From Eledone cirrhosa (taxonomy: Eukaryota), in NCBI GenBank assembly GCA_964016885.1, contig OZ024742.1, forward strand, positions 89,404,001-89,468,000: a stretch of DNA of 64,000 nt, given 5' to 3'. Position numbers and translations under genes: made by a program. Shown here piece after piece: positions 1-13,479 of the stretch; within the stretch, counting starts at the first letter, position 1, and each line of letters begins with the position of its first letter. The notes beneath the pieces were generated by a model. That model was not told the origin of the DNA, did not search any database, and saw only the letters and a list, made by a program, of their open reading frames with translations.

Positions 1-2
1 TA

Positions 3-385
3 TCTATCTTAAAAGAGAAAGACTAAGAGTTATATAGAGAGATCGCTAAATCACCTAATGCGATCCCTAGGGCATTGAAAAGACTAAATATATATAAACC
101 CGTAGAGCAAATATTTATTATAAGAAGAGATTAATGTTTAAGCAAACATCGCCGCTTCCCCCCTTAACGGGATCTTCTGAAACTAAAATAAATCAATGTG
201 TGGACGCGGAAGTAAATATTTCGAAAAACGTCACAACCAAAGGAAAACAGGAAAACAGCGAGGATAATTACGTCATTATGTGGAGCGTGAGAACAATTTC
301 ACTCAAAGATAAAAACACTTTTATGGTATAAATGGTGTCATTAGACTAACTAGCAGAAAAACCGCACCGGGCTGCTGTCTGCTAG
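3..385 (+). mobile_element. Possible non-autonomous Helitron
   Basis: Starts A|TCTATCTTAAAA and ends ...CCGCACCGGG...GCTAG|T, resembling Helitron TC/CTRR termini; no coding sequence. Confidence 0.3.
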
Positions 386-529
386 TATATGTAGTGTGTA
401 TATCGGTATTATACGCAAATATATATGCATATATATATATATATTTAAATTGAAAAGTAAATGTAAATATCTTCTTCTTCGTCCACTTATTTCTGAGAGG
501 GTCGTGAGGGTAGAGTCCTTCTCAAACAA

Positions 530-1030
530 TCCTTCCAGCGAGCCTGTCAGAAACAAACATCTCTAACTGATCCAGCTGGATCCCAAATCGTGAGCAGCCA
601 AACTCATGGATGTTGTCCAACTATGTTGCTCAGAGTCTACTATCTGGGTCTCTTGCAGGTTGGTTTTGCCTGTAAAATCTGTCCAGCGATTCTCTACTGA
701 GACATTCTAACCCCATGCTCATAATATCGAAGTTGTGATCTCACAATTCGGAGAAGTAGCGGCTCTACCAGGAGTGTATTTATTGATCATTGCTAGGAAT
801 ACCAGGAAGACAGCGAATTTGACTTTTTAACCTACCCGCTTCTTCTGATTGCTGAATGCTGAGGCTGGCACATTACTGCATCAGCTTTTGCAATTCTTGC
901 ACTTAATTCAGCCTCTTGCATTCCATCACTCATGAACACGGCCCCAGATACTTGAACTTCTGAAACTGCTTCAGTAGAATTCCATTCACATGTATATAAA
1001 TTTAAGGGACTTCTGTCCACCCGTCTGTCA
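530..1030 (-). mobile_element. Decayed RTE-clade (Expander/Rex3-like) LINE fragment, post-RT region
   Basis: Minus frames give VFMSDGMQEAELSARIAKADAVM and VEPLLLRIVRSQLRYYEHGVRM, typical RTE C-terminal motifs; frameshifted. Confidence 0.7.
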
Positions 1031-1229
1031 CACAATGCGTATGTATGTATGATTGTGTGAATGCATATGTTTTTGTGTGAATGTATGTGTGTGTAAAAGG
1101 AAGGAAAGGGATACGCACATATTTATGTCTCTAACTTAAAAACGGTGACACACATACACACATACGTCTCTAATTTAAGAACGGCGATTAACACACGCGC
1201 GACCACATACACACACTGTCTTATTACCA

Positions 1230-1650
1230 CTTAAGGGCTTTGGCACGGGCAAACATCCCATCAAGTTTGGAACCGTCTGGGTTGTACAGAATTGATGGTA
1301 AAAGACTTGACGGTCTACTCTGTGCTCCTGGTCAAGAGGTAGATGCCTTATCTGGGACGTCACAGTTAGTGACTCTTTTGCTTCTTCCCACATCCTGAAT
1401 GCAATGGTAAGGATGAGAGCTACAGCATCTGCAGTTGAACGGAACAAAATCCTAAAATACCGTGTTCTGTCAGCTAATTATCCATCCTGTGGCGTTCGAG
1501 ACGTTTGGGGAAGTCGGGCTACTGACAACGAGGTTCTCATCTTCACTGTCGGCTTGTAAATCAGAGGTAACTGGTGATACTTGTGACGGCACTTGGTTGT
1601 TCCAGCACCTCAGCTTCGCCATCACCCCAGGTAACGCTGCGAGCAAAAGT
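1230..1650 (+). mobile_element. CRE-clade non-LTR retrotransposon 3' fragment (REL endonuclease)
   Basis: ALARANIPSSLEPSGLYRIDGKRLDG, then LIWDVTVSDSFA, HPVAFETFG and LFQHLSFAITPGNAAS, the CRE C-terminal motif series. Confidence 0.75.
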
Positions 1651-2059
1651 TATACTTCATTTTGCTCTCGAACGCTGCTATCATGTGTGTGTGACTGTAT
1701 GTGTGTATTTGTGTAAATGTATATGTGTGAATATGTCCTTGAGCGTGTATTTTTGTAAGTTTGTATTTGCGCAATTATAGTTATATACTCATACATATAG
1801 ATGTATGTATATGCACATACAGACATGCACACACATGCGTCAGCGTATTGAAAAAAGTCGTAATCTCTTCATCTATCTCTTTCACTCATTCTCTCAAATT
1901 ATTTATATTTAATCAAGAGTTACGAAATTTAGTATAAATTATGTAATATTCATTCATTATTTATTCAAAGTAATCCAACTTATTTCAATAACTCGATTAA
2001 AAGAAAGAAATCGGATGCTGTCCCGCACTTCTCCCTTTATTATAGTATAGATGTACTAT

Positions 2060-3400
2060 TTAGAATAACCGAATGATTCTCAGCTCTGGAGTTTAAGAAT
2101 GATGTCATATTCCACGCTAGGAAGACCGCCTTGCTCTTTGAAAACTCCACTTGGTTAAATAGAGCTCCAGACTCTCATTTCGACGTCAGTATGGGATCGA
2201 CTGACTCGGTCATGGTGACCGACCTTATAGGACTATACATACTCCATAAACACATCGAAAAGTTTCGTGTGTTCGGCGGTGGTCTGTATCGAGATTACGG
2301 GCTTCTTACCCTCACAGGGTACAACCCCAGTACACGGACCGGGTCCGTAAACACCACATGAAATTATTCCGGGATTTGGGTTTCAAAATCAGCCTACAGT
2401 CGTCCCTTACCCGCATCAATTTTCTGGATGTTACATACAACCTGGAGAATCATTTGTACTACCCACATAGGAAACCTAATGCGAATTTACACTCTATCCA
2501 GCAGAGTTCTAACCATCCAAGGGACATTACCAATAACTTAGTAAACAAATCTCGTTCCGCATACCTCGCTTGTCCGCAAGCGAGCAAATCTTCAACGAAC
2601 ACGTGCCATATTACAACTAGGCCTTCAAAAGAAGCGGAGTCCTATTATCCAGGCCCTTCTAGCGGATCCAGCAGGTGACGCCGCCACCCACGCCACGTAA
2701 CGTGGTTCAACCCTCACCACTATGCCGAGGATGCAACACCAATTGGCAAGATCTTCTTCAGACTTCTCGATAAACAATTCTCACCCAACCCCGCTACCAC
2801 AATATCATCAACAAAAACACTGTTAAACTTTCCTACAGCACTACACCCAACTTTGCACAAAACATTTCTTCATCTAACAATAAAAAACTCCTCTCTAGCA
2901 GAATAAATAACAACGATATTAGGAGTGATCAAACTAGGAGGTGCAACTGTCCGGATCGTGCCCCCATCGTGCCCCCACAACAATAGATGCCGAGCACAAA
3001 ACGTCGTCTACCAGTGCAATATGAGGATGGAAAACTCCAACAGGCCTACATCGGATTAACCGCCTCCGATTTTAAGACCCGGTATTATTAACACCAACAC
3101 CAACACATATTTAGAAACCCGGCCCGGCGATACGCGGCAGCATTTTCTGGTCATATATTGGGACCACCAAGACAACAATATTACCTACCATCTAAGTTGG
3201 AACATACCTTCCAAGACAAAATCTTACTCGGGTGGACGCCGTCCGTGCAATCTATGCTCGGAGAAAACAATCCAGATGCTGTTTGCAAAGGCCCGACTTT
3301 TAAACAAAAATGATGAACTCGTTCCCTCGTGTAAATACAGAATACATAGGACATATCGTATCTTCAAACCCTCTCACGACCCAGGTGGGTAGACCTCGGT
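2060..3400 (+). mobile_element. Decayed Penelope-like element (YRDD/WFNPP type, Nematis-like): RT plus C-terminal GIY-YIG
   Basis: FDVSMGS, GLYRDYGLL, INFLDVTYNL, SNHP, WFNP, KLSYS, CNC, VYQC and YIG across broken frames. Confidence 0.8.
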
Positions 3401-3746
3401 TGTATCTCCTTCCTAATTACAAAGTAAGTATGAATAAATATATATATGAAACCATGTTAGAGGTAACTAAATATGTTCACATTTCTCCTAGTTTATTTTA
3501 CACCTAATTCTGTTTAGTTGACTGTATATCTGGTCAATTTATACACGCTGTCGAAATACTCGATAAATACTCCGTCACAACCGCCGCGAAGGGCTGCTTT
3601 CGGTTATTTGTCGGAGATTTCTTCATAGAAGCCTTTATTCGTATAGCTTGGTCTAATCGATTTTTTATACGGTTAATTATGCTAATTGGGAGACGAAACG
3701 GTATATATTTCGAGTGAGTTAATCGGCCGGGCGCACCGAAAACGAT

Positions 3747-4025
3747 AAATGGAAAAAATGAAACGAAATTTCATTTCTCACTCTTAGTACGGCTGTTACT
3801 TACATATAAGTATGTATACGTACATACATATATGTATACAGACGTAGAGTAGTATGTATATATATACATACATGCACACATATATATATATGTACGTATG
3901 GATTTACCGAACATTTATTATAATGCTCGGTTTGATTGTAAACAAACAAACATCCCAAATTAAGCCGTACAGTGTTTAGTAACAGCCGTACTAAGGGTGA
4001 GAAATGAAATTTCGTTTCATGTTTT

Positions 4026-4030
<5 letters not shown>
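3747..4030. repeat. ~54-bp inverted repeat pair (PLE pLTR tails) next to (TA)n
   Basis: 3747-3801 (ATGAAACGAAATTTCATTTCTCACTCTTAGTACGGCTGTTACT) is the reverse complement of 3978-4030. Confidence 0.7.
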
Positions 4031-4088
<58 letters not shown>

Positions 4089-4089
<1 letters not shown>

Positions 4090-4650
4090 CGTCCGAACCG
4101 TTAAGACCCTCTTCCCGCTATATCAAGCGTTAACCTAATATATACCTTCCATATACTGTACCGATTGTGTTGTTAATTCCGTTTACCTTTTATATACACA
4201 TATGTATATCAACGCCTACGTGGACCTCTCAAAATTCGTTGCATTTTCTGATTGGACTTTCACCTCGAAACTGGATACCAACCAGGAGTACACCTGAACT
4301 TCCACCAGAAAATCTTTCGTATCTTTGAAATTTTCTTTGCTTCTTGCATTTAAATATTCCACGTCTCTCTACCACCTTTCCTTTACTACATTCTTCTCAG
4401 CCGTCTATTTTTCACTCCCACCCAATTACCTTCGATATCCTGAATCTCAAATCTTTTCTATTTGTATCTAAAGACATTGTTTCTAATTCCATCCCGCCCG
4501 TCCCCTTAATCTATTTTATTTCTCATTCTTTCTCCTGATGAAGGACTAGGGTCCGAAACGTTAAGACCTTCTTCCTGCTATATCAAGCGTTAACCTAATA
4601 TATACCTTCCTTATACTGTACAGATTGCGTTGTTATTTCTGTTAACTTTT
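4089..4650 (+). mobile_element. Non-coding PLE pLTR element with partial tandem (~460-bp period)
   Basis: 4091-4190 is directly repeated at 4551-4650; HHR motif at the junction; flanked by (TA)n and (CA)n. Confidence 0.7.
4531..4568 (+). ncRNA. Minimal type-I hammerhead ribozyme motif (weak stem I)
   Basis: CUGAUGA-A-GGAC(UAGG)GUCC-GAA-ACGU-UA. Confidence 0.65.
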
Positions 4651-4679
<29 letters not shown>

Positions 4680-4681
<2 letters not shown>

Positions 4682-5030
4682 AGAACGTAGATTTTATATG
4701 TGGCAGATGCTCAGGTGCAATAGGTAGCAAGTGCCCACAGCTTATTAGCTCCTTCTATTGCCCAGATTGTTCTATAGAAATAGTGGACGCCTTCCGTTAC
4801 CTGGGTGACAAAATCAACAATATATGTATTCTGAAAGTACAGTAGCCAGAGTCAGAATGGGATGGAAAAAGTTCAGAGAGCTTATACCACGATTGGCCAC
4901 TACAGATTTCTCTCTACAAATGAAAGGCAGACTGTATGATGCCTGCATACGAACAGCAATGTTACATGGCTGTGAATCATAGGCATTGTGTTCGCTACTG
5001 CTGCACTTAGGTTACCTTCGTAACATGCTG
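4680..5030 (+). mobile_element. RTE-clade LINE fragment
   Basis: FICGRCSG..IEIVDAFRYLGD, ARVRMGWKKFREL, KGRLYDACIRTAMLHGCE. Confidence 0.75.
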
Positions 5031-5690
5031 TGGGCTCATCCGGGATCCTAAATAGGGCCTTTGGACCCCTGGCTATGCAATATCTGCTCCTTATCCTAGA
5101 TGTGGAAGACGGGACGGGACGTTTGGCACCACACAGTGATGTTCTGTTCGGGAGTTGGTCCAGTTCCCAATGCCAAAGTTCGGTAATAGTCCTTCCAGGA
5201 TTTTCCCTATGTATAGCACTGCGTATCTCTCCCTTCTTCGTTCCAAGGAATAGAGGTTTAGTTCTTTTAGCCTCTCCCAGTAGCTTATCTCCTTCATCGT
5301 CGCAACCCTCTTGTTGTAGCTTCGCCGGATTGCCTCAAGCTCCCTGGTTAGTTTGACACTATGGGGTGACCACAGCTGGGAGCCATCGACCAGGAGGCTT
5401 AGGAAAAATGTCCTCCATACTATCAACATGATGTCTCGGTCTCTTGTCCAGAAACTCCTCAAGATCCAGCCAGCGAGTCATCTGCACATTGTCGCCATTT
5501 CCATGATGTGGGAAGAAAAAGATGCATTGTCGCTCATGTCTATTCTCAGGACTCGTATCGATTTCGAGCGGAATTTCGATCCCTTCTGGTCCGGTGTATC
5601 TGTGTTGTATTGTCTCTGTATTTGCAGGTTTGTATTGTAGACCTTGAAATTTTCCAGCATTAAACTGGATATTGTAGTCCTCAGCCCATT
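5030..5690 (-). mobile_element. CR1-clade LINE 3' fragment
   Basis: KWAEDYNIQFNAGKFQ, then QLWSPH..ELEAIRRSY..SYWERLKELNLYSLERRRERY. Confidence 0.8.
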
Positions 5691-5995
5691 TGTAACATGT
5701 AAATAAACAAATAAATAAACGAATACAAACACACACAGACACCCGGATGTGGCGCATCCGCAGACTGAGCACAGGCACAAAAACAAAGAAAAGAATCTCC
5801 AGTCACTGAAGAGGTCACAGAATGTGTGACGAAAGAACTTTGACAATATATAAACAACTATCTGGTTGTGGAACCAACCAACCAACCAGAAATTTATAAA
5901 TTCCCAAATTTATAAATTTATTATAATAAATTGAAGTGAAAGCATCTGGTGCGTGTGCTTCTTATTGGCAACATGACCCTCCCAAAGCATAACAA
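5690..5995 (+). mobile_element. Solo pLTR of the Penelope family found at 61773-64000
   Basis: Near-identical to the reverse complement of 61773-62100; contains an HHR. Confidence 0.85.
5801..5845 (+). ncRNA. Minimal hammerhead ribozyme
   Basis: GUCA-CUGAAGA-G-GUCAC..GUGAC-GAA-AGAACU-U-UGAC; stem I GUCA/UGAC. Confidence 0.8.
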
Positions 5996-6052
5996 TTTCG
6001 GTTTCAACGCACGTTTTCAGATAAAGAATCTTGCTAAACAAATTCAGAAACG

Positions 6053-6153
<101 letters not shown>

Positions 6154-6252
6154 GAGAGAGAGAGAGATACATCAAGTGTAAATGTGTATCAACTTTACTT
6201 ATATAGTTGCCAAATTTAAACAATATTAATATTCGCTTTTTTATTATTTTAG

Positions 6253-6899
6253 GTTATGGTTACTGTGGTACCCAGGTGTATAACCCTGCGACTCAAATTT
6301 GCTGTGAATCTCAGGTTTTATCCAAAAATGGATTGAAGAGGCCTGCTTGCTGTGGAAGTGTAGTATTTGATGGGGAAGATAAATTATGTTGCGCTGGTAC
6401 TTTAATAAATAAGGCACCAACCGTGAATGCATGTTGTGGCAACGCGGGGATAGATGCATCTCTTAAAGTCTGTTGTGGGGGGAAAGATAAAGTCAGGCTC
6501 ACCGAAGTATGTTGTGGTGGGGTAGCAGTTTATAGAGTAACTGTAGTTGATAGTTGTTGCGGGACAGTTCTTATCAATACATACAAAGAACTTTGCTGTG
6601 GTGGGGTTAAAAAGGTGATCGCAACCAGCTTTCCCGGAGGTTCTAATGTCATAGAAAACACATACGCTTGTTGTGGATCCAACATTTACAAAACAACTGT
6701 AAACGAATGTGTCGCTGGAAATATCAGGTCAAAGCATGTCCATTATCCACATCCACCAATGCTACCACCCAGAATACCAATACCACCACCCCAACTACCA
6801 ATACCGCATCCCCATCTACCAATACCACATCCCCAACTACCAATACCACCACCCCAACTACCACTATATCCATGGTGGACACGGCCGGGGTGGCAATAA
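6253..6899 (+). CDS. Galaxin-like protein, terminal exon (dicysteine CCG repeats plus Pro/His/Gln-rich tail)
   Basis: Open frame with repeated CC(G) motifs (YNPATQICCESQVL..ACCGSVVFDGEDKLCCAG..ACCGSNIY); pyrimidine tract and AG acceptor at 6251-6252; TAA at 6897; AATAAA at 6915 and 6928. Upstream exon(s) not located. Confidence 0.8.
6779..6862 (+). repeat. 4 x 21-bp coding minisatellite (IP[P/H]P[Q/H]LP)
   Basis: AATACCACCACCCCAACTACC-type units in tandem. Confidence 0.9.
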
Positions 6900-7429
6900 G
6901 CTTTGCTTGATATCAATAAATGCATTCAATAAACATATATGAATCCATGTTTTGTCTGTTTATTTTGTTTTATATATAACATATATTTGTCTGGAATTTT
7001 AGATAGTATTTCAACCTCTTTAGTTATGGAGGAGAAAAATATCAAACGTATTCTAGCGGCAAAGATCACTTCAAATATATTCTCAAAAAACAGTATTTCA
7101 AGAGCCATGTTTTCCATTAATTATCCGTGATTCAAACTTTCCAATCATAAAAAAATATTTAAAAGGTAAATAAACAAGGTGAAATTGTAAACGAGAGGGT
7201 TGCTTGAACCAGAAATGTAGTGTGTCGAGAGTGAAAACGTTAAATGGTTATTGAAAGGTTTTGCTCGCACAACTGACTAGTTAACATTTCCACACAGACG
7301 AGTGGGAGCTCTGTCAGCTTGACATCGTAATTTATTTGTCTTAGAAGGTTGACTTCTAAGACTAATGAACATCATATTCCCACAAATCTTGAACCTGTTG
7401 TTGGCTTTTCGTTCATCAATCAAGTATTC

Positions 7430-9250
7430 TCAGTATACTACCCAATGCTCATTTGCATGATATTCCATTGCTTTATTATTATTGCCGCATCTTGAAACAA
7501 TTAGTTTAAGAAAGGAAAAGATAATGGTTTGATGATCATTCGAAAATCCAATCGCATAGACCAAATATAATTCATCTTAACCAGTCAAAGACAAATAATT
7601 CAAAACTGTGGATTTATGAATAGAGTAAACATTGGGAAAGATCGTAGAATAGTTAGGACAAAATTTAGAATAAACCAAAATTAGCAAGACTTCAAATTAT
7701 AAATAAAGAAACTAAAAATTATAAATAGCGTCGAAAAGATTTCTAAATAGAGCTAAGTATATTATTAGTGTCAAAATAGAGAATTAATGGAAGTAATTTG
7801 TCAGCATTCTTTAAAACGAAATATGAAACGCTGCAATGATAATAGAAGTTGGCATCATTTTCAACAAATAGATTTAGTAGTTAAGATGGAAATAGATGGA
7901 AAATAGCATAGCTAGACAGTAGAAGAAATAAAGCTGAATAGAAACTGTACAGAATTATATTCTGGAAAAGTAGAATATTCGGAAAAAGCGTTTTGAAAGA
8001 TGAGATTTATTCGTACCTACCAAATCTTTCATGTAACAGGCATAAAAATAGAGACAGAAAATCAATATGGTTAAGCTCTCCCTAGTACATAAGCGTAAAG
8101 GTAAACGTAGATAAGAAGTTCTTAGAAAATGAGAAAACTTGGACGAAAAAGACGGAGACCATCAGACGCCCCCAAAAAGGGAAAATTTAGAAACGATTTT
8201 GGAGAGCGGAGTAAGCATAAATAAAATAGAAAATGAAAAGTACAAAAGTAGAATAAAAATTTGAGGAAAAGAAATAAATATTTAAAGTAGTCTATAATCG
8301 AGATATTAAATACATCTTTAAAACTTATATCAGATACTACATAGTTTGCCATTAAATGACATATCTGTCAACCACAAGGAACTACCATTACACATTTATT
8401 CTGTAGAGACTAAAGACAATATAGATGTAACCATCTCAATAGACATAATAAAAATACGATGACACCTATAATAATATATACCAAAATACAACAGCCAAGA
8501 TACACCTGGGTGGTGACTGCTCAAAGACGTTCCTTATACAACGTAGTTTCATCTAACCGCAAAGTGGAATATTGTTAACTGGAGAGCACTCAAGAGATTT
8601 AAGTTTTGTAGATGACAGGAATCCTCACAAATACAGCTATGAGATTTAAATGACGTCTATACCAAATGTATAGAAAAAAATAAACATTTTCGGTTTGAAC
8701 ATTCAGAATGAGAAACCAGGTACAAAACAATGCAGCAACACACAGTAAGAGATTAAAAGAAAAGACACTTTAATAAAGAATGTAAATAATTACGAATATC
8801 TAGGTCAGAATTATCAGACAAACAAAGAAATAAATTTGAGAACAAGAACAATGGTGAGATAAATTTGTTTAAGAAGGAACGATAATATATACGGCGATAA
8901 AATTACCTATGTTGGTGAAAAGGAATGTGTTCAATCACTAATGTTTGCACTGTTGTATATGCAAGGAGAATGTGGAAGACATACCAGAGTTATGTGCTTG
9001 TGTGTGAAGAAAGGGATGAGAAAGAGAACAGTAATTAGAAATATACTTAAGGAAATAACAATGAAAAACAAAGTAAAGGTCGGCAGTAAGTTTTAAACAA
9101 AACGGCAGACGATAGGTGGACAAAGAGAACCACTGACTGGATTACAGGAGAGAGATGGAAATAGAGCAGTAAACAGAAATTCATGAAGACGAACAGGAGA
9201 AGTACAAGACAAATTTGAACAAGAATAGCGTTGAACATAAAGTATGTGAG
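7430..9250 (+). mobile_element. Old, heavily decayed RTE-clade LINE
   Basis: Scattered remnants in the expected order: FVDD (~8604), YEYLGQ (~8791), RWTKRTTDW (~9115). Confidence 0.55.
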
Positions 9251-10059
9251 GGGCGTCAAAAGGGATACGTTCAGGAATGAAATGCCAAGCCCTAAAGAAG
9301 TGCGCGGCTATCTCTGGCAACAACATATATACGGCCGAGACAAAAGAGTGCAAGATATATAGCTAAGGGCTCTGTGATTCATATCGTTCCAGTGATGTTT
9401 CCTGAGACCATATGTAATGTACGTAACTCTCATTAGCTGAGACTACAAAGATTGAAGTGTGTAATTGACTAGAGAGAAAATGAGCACAATTCCATTAGAT
9501 TGTGTTTGGCTATAGGGGTTAATCTATCGCGAAGTTTAAAACCATCACCGCTGGCATGATTTCTTTTTGTGATGAGCCTGGAGATTTAGAATAATATTAT
9601 TGGTTTTTTTTAAATGCTTCAAACTATCAATCGTATTAGATGCAAATATGTCAGTGGTGAATTTCCTATGTATAATTCTAAATCGGTCCAATGGCTTGAT
9701 TTTTCTGTATAGATTTACCAGCGTAATTTGAGTTACATCTTAATTGCCTACCAGCACGAGCGCTTATTATATATAAATTAGAATGTCCATTTTCAGACGG
9801 CAAAAAACAAAGAAAAGACGTCGCTCCTATGGCACTACGAAAAAGTTGACATTTCTATCACGTAGAACTAGACATCACACAGATCTTAAATCTTTCATTA
9901 TATTTATTTTGCTGTATAACAATTCTATACAGATTTTAATTATGATAATCTTAACTACACTAGCAATGGCGGCGCTGGGTTACGCAGTAATAATCATAAC
10001 TACTGCTGCTGCCCACCAAATGTAAGAAGAAAAAGTTAAAGAGAAGAGAAAAATTAAAC

Positions 10060-11930
10060 AATAATTCCAACCTATCGCACTGAGCAAAGTCCTCCGACAT
10101 CTTGTAGCCAAGATAGCTTGTAAGTCAGTCAAATATGACCTGGGCGAGGCGCTAAGATCTGTTCAGCTCGGAGTGAGAGCTGTGTGGATGTAAGGTGGCA
10201 GCACATGCAGCTAGATACTTCTTGGACACATGCCTCTTTCGACATTCTACCTCCTAAAGAAGTAGAAAACGAGAAACGCTTTCAACAGCGGAAGGCGAGA
10301 TCACGTCTTAGACGAGCCCCTTTGATATTCCCTCATGTTCACCTCTCGTACGGGACACCAAACATACTCATTGCCGCTGACAACAAGGTCACTTCTGCTA
10401 CAGATATCCAGCATGAAGACAAAGTTGTTCCGCTCCTCTTTGTGCTGGCAGGCGTAAGGTTTCCCACTCGGCCGGTCGCCCTTCATTGGCTTGTACCTGG
10501 ACTACGTGACCCCTAGGAGCTCAGTTGAGTCGGCAGTTAGGTACCTCCGGGTAATCATACAGCTTCGGACTTGAGATAAACCCATCCAAGTCCGAGTTGA
10601 TAAACGTAAGCTACAGTGAGGCCACTTCTACGACGCCATACACAGCATCCACCCCGTATTGTCCGGAGCTCGGCCTATCCCCAAAGACTATGTCTGCTTT
10701 CACGGCTCTCCAATTCTCTTGACAACCATACTAGAGTGCCTGGAGACCAAGCACGCAGACCTGTTTAGGATGATGGAGAGGCGTTTTTCCTCCAGAGGAA
10801 CTGCCTTCCCGTTTCTAACTTCTTGTTAACACACTCGTCTCTCTCTCGTAGATCACCTCGGTGAACTTGATGCCACTATGCCACGCTGTGTGGAACTCAT
10901 CCGTAACGTTAGTTTCGACAGTGCCGGCTGGCAAAAGGCGAGACTCCCTGTGGGGTTTAGTGGCCTCGGCCTCCATCTGCACCAAATCTGGCCTGCTTCT
11001 CCTCAAATCTACCTTCATAGGGCTCGATTCAGGCTTAATGCAATACAGCCTCGCCTGCCTCTGTCCCGCTTCGCAGTCAAACAGCGGCACGTGCATCAAT
11101 TCAGTGCCCCCTTCATCAACCGGTAGCTTTCTTGATGATGTGTGCACTCGAATCGGAATGGCCCAACGCCTCGGCTTCCGCATGTGTGGACCACACTCAT
11201 GCCGTTGTGGAGCTGTCATCGATTAATTCGACCTGCACCTACAATAATTGTTTCTACTTTAGGCACAAGGCCAGCAATTACCCAGTGCATTACTGGTACT
11301 TTATTTTATCGACCCCGTAAGGATGAAAGGCAAAGTCAACCTCGGCTGGATTTGAACTCAGATCGTAAAGGGACGTAACTATGCTGGAAAGCATGACGTC
11401 CGACCCTCTACCGATACTGCCAATCCACCGCCCTGCACCTACAATAATGCCACCACAATGCAAGCCAGTTTCCCCGAGATACCGCTGTCAACGACATAAT
11501 GAGAAGAAGCTTAGAGGCAGCCGGTTTCCCATTACAACTGGAGCCAGTAGACGTCGACCATGGAGACGGCAAGAGACACGGCGGAATTACCTTCTTTCCA
11601 TTAGAGAGAGGTAAATCTGGAACGCGACACACTGCGATACGTTCTCCACATTGAAATCAGTCGCTTCGACCAAAAATCTTGCATGCTATGCAGAGGATAG
11701 AAAGCCAAGCAAATACACGAGCTGGACCACCCGGTTCCTCCTTGCACCGGTCGTCATCGAAACTTCAGGCGTCCTCCGATTCCATACAGCTGACTTCCTC
11801 TGTAGAATCGCAGATATAACATTACCGTGCACGTGGGCTGCTCAGCACACTTCAAGATGTATATCTTAATTAACTACCAGCACGAACGCTAATTATATGC
11901 GGACTAGTACGTTCATTTTCGGAATTTTCA
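10060..11930 (+). mobile_element. Decayed CRE-clade retrotransposon interrupted by a SINE
   Basis: PIALSKVLRHLVAK, VQLGV, IQHEDKVVPLLF (QGD equivalent), YLDY, LPVGFSGLG, RLG..CGPHSCRCG, PVVIETSG; its 3' end is directly repeated at ~9730-9797. Confidence 0.75.
11249..11431 (-). mobile_element. tRNA-derived SINE, octopus OK type, with 17-bp TSD
   Basis: A box TGGCAGTATCGG, B box GAGTTCAAATC, body GAGGTTGACTTTGCCTTTCATCC..GGGGTCGATAAAATAAAGTACCAG; TSD CCTGCACCTACAATAAT at 11232-11248 and 11432-11448. Confidence 0.9.
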
Positions 11931-12309
11931 TAAATTTTTATGAAACTTATCTATAACTGTGAATTTTTAATGAGTTTTTGATCTCTTATTTATAGTATAA
12001 TATAATATAGTATATGCATATATTTCTTTTATATATATTTACTGCACTATAAAATCTAAAATTTAAGACAGATTCAAACTTATATATAAATGTGAATTTT
12101 TGCTGCGCTTTTGATCTCTTATTTATAATATAATTTATTATAATATGTATGTAGTTATATATTATATTTTATATATTTTTAAATATTTTAAAATATACCT
12201 ACCACATTTCTATATATATGATTCTAATATAGATAAAATATCCAAACTAAAAATTATTATAGACATTATTTTAAACTCTGAATTATCCATACACTCATTA
12301 TTGTTTTTC

Positions 12310-12343
<34 letters not shown>

Positions 12344-13479
12344 ATTTAAACGTAACACGTTGAACTCTACTTTATAAAATTATAACTGTTATCATTTACC
12401 TAAAGTATTAATATATATCTATATATATACCTCTCTGTATCTAATAATATGTTGATATCTTGGTTGAAGAATAATTAGTACATTTACGCCCAGTTATACA
12501 TAGGTATATATTTATCCTTAACATCCTCCAATCTATTATGTTATTTTATTTTTATCTTCGTCGTTATTATTTACCTTAAACATACTGGCTCATTAATATA
12601 TACCTATATACATAATAGTTATTTAAATATTTATAACAATAAGTACGTCAAAAGCTTTACATACCTAATATGTTGGTATCTTTGTTAAAGTTTAAATTTA
12701 GGTAAATGATCAACAGTATAATATTTCATTCTTTATGTGCCAGCTAAATCCTTTAAATGTTACCCTCATAAAATTCAGAAGTTTAGAAATGATAACACAC
12801 TTATCGAATTTATAAAAATAATATATAATAATCAGCAAATAATCCTGAAATCTGGAGTCTTCACCCTAATATTATAAATGAAATATTTTCAAATTTAACC
12901 GTTTAACTTTCGGAAAAAATCTCCTTCTGCATATATCAGCCCCCCCCCCCCCTCCACCATTTATCTTACCCTCTTTGTAAATCCTTTTCCAGTGGCTATC
13001 ACTGGCTGTTATGATTCATGTATATATTCTGTTATGATTCATGTATATATTCTGCCATGTATATGAAGAAATAGAAGGCAATAAATAGAGAATAAATGAA
13101 AAGGTAATGAAAAAGTAATGAAAAATGAAAATGGAAAATGAAAAATGAAAATGAAAAGTGAAAAATAAAAATGAAGATTCAAATAAAATAAGATAAAATG
13201 TGTGTGTGCTATATCCAAGGTCAGAAATATGTTGGATAAAGTTGTAGGAGGAACAAGATAGTAAAAGTATAAAACGAAATAGGATAATCAAATAAAATGT
13301 GTGTATTTTAACCAATCTCAACTTAAATATAAATATAAGGTGATAAAGTGAAGAAAACAGAAAACAAATGACAAATGAATAATGAGAAATCAAAAATGAA
13401 AAATCAAAAATCAAGTAAATTAAAATGTGTGTGTGTTATAAAGATGTTGGCCAAATTATAAAGGCAGTGTCAGAATCAA

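Noticed and set aside
1905-2052. Homology to 56905-57050 as extra evidence of the galaxin inverted duplication
   Set aside because: Ends in a Helitron-like TCTATACTATAATAA terminus; more likely a dispersed repeat. Ambiguous without a copy count.
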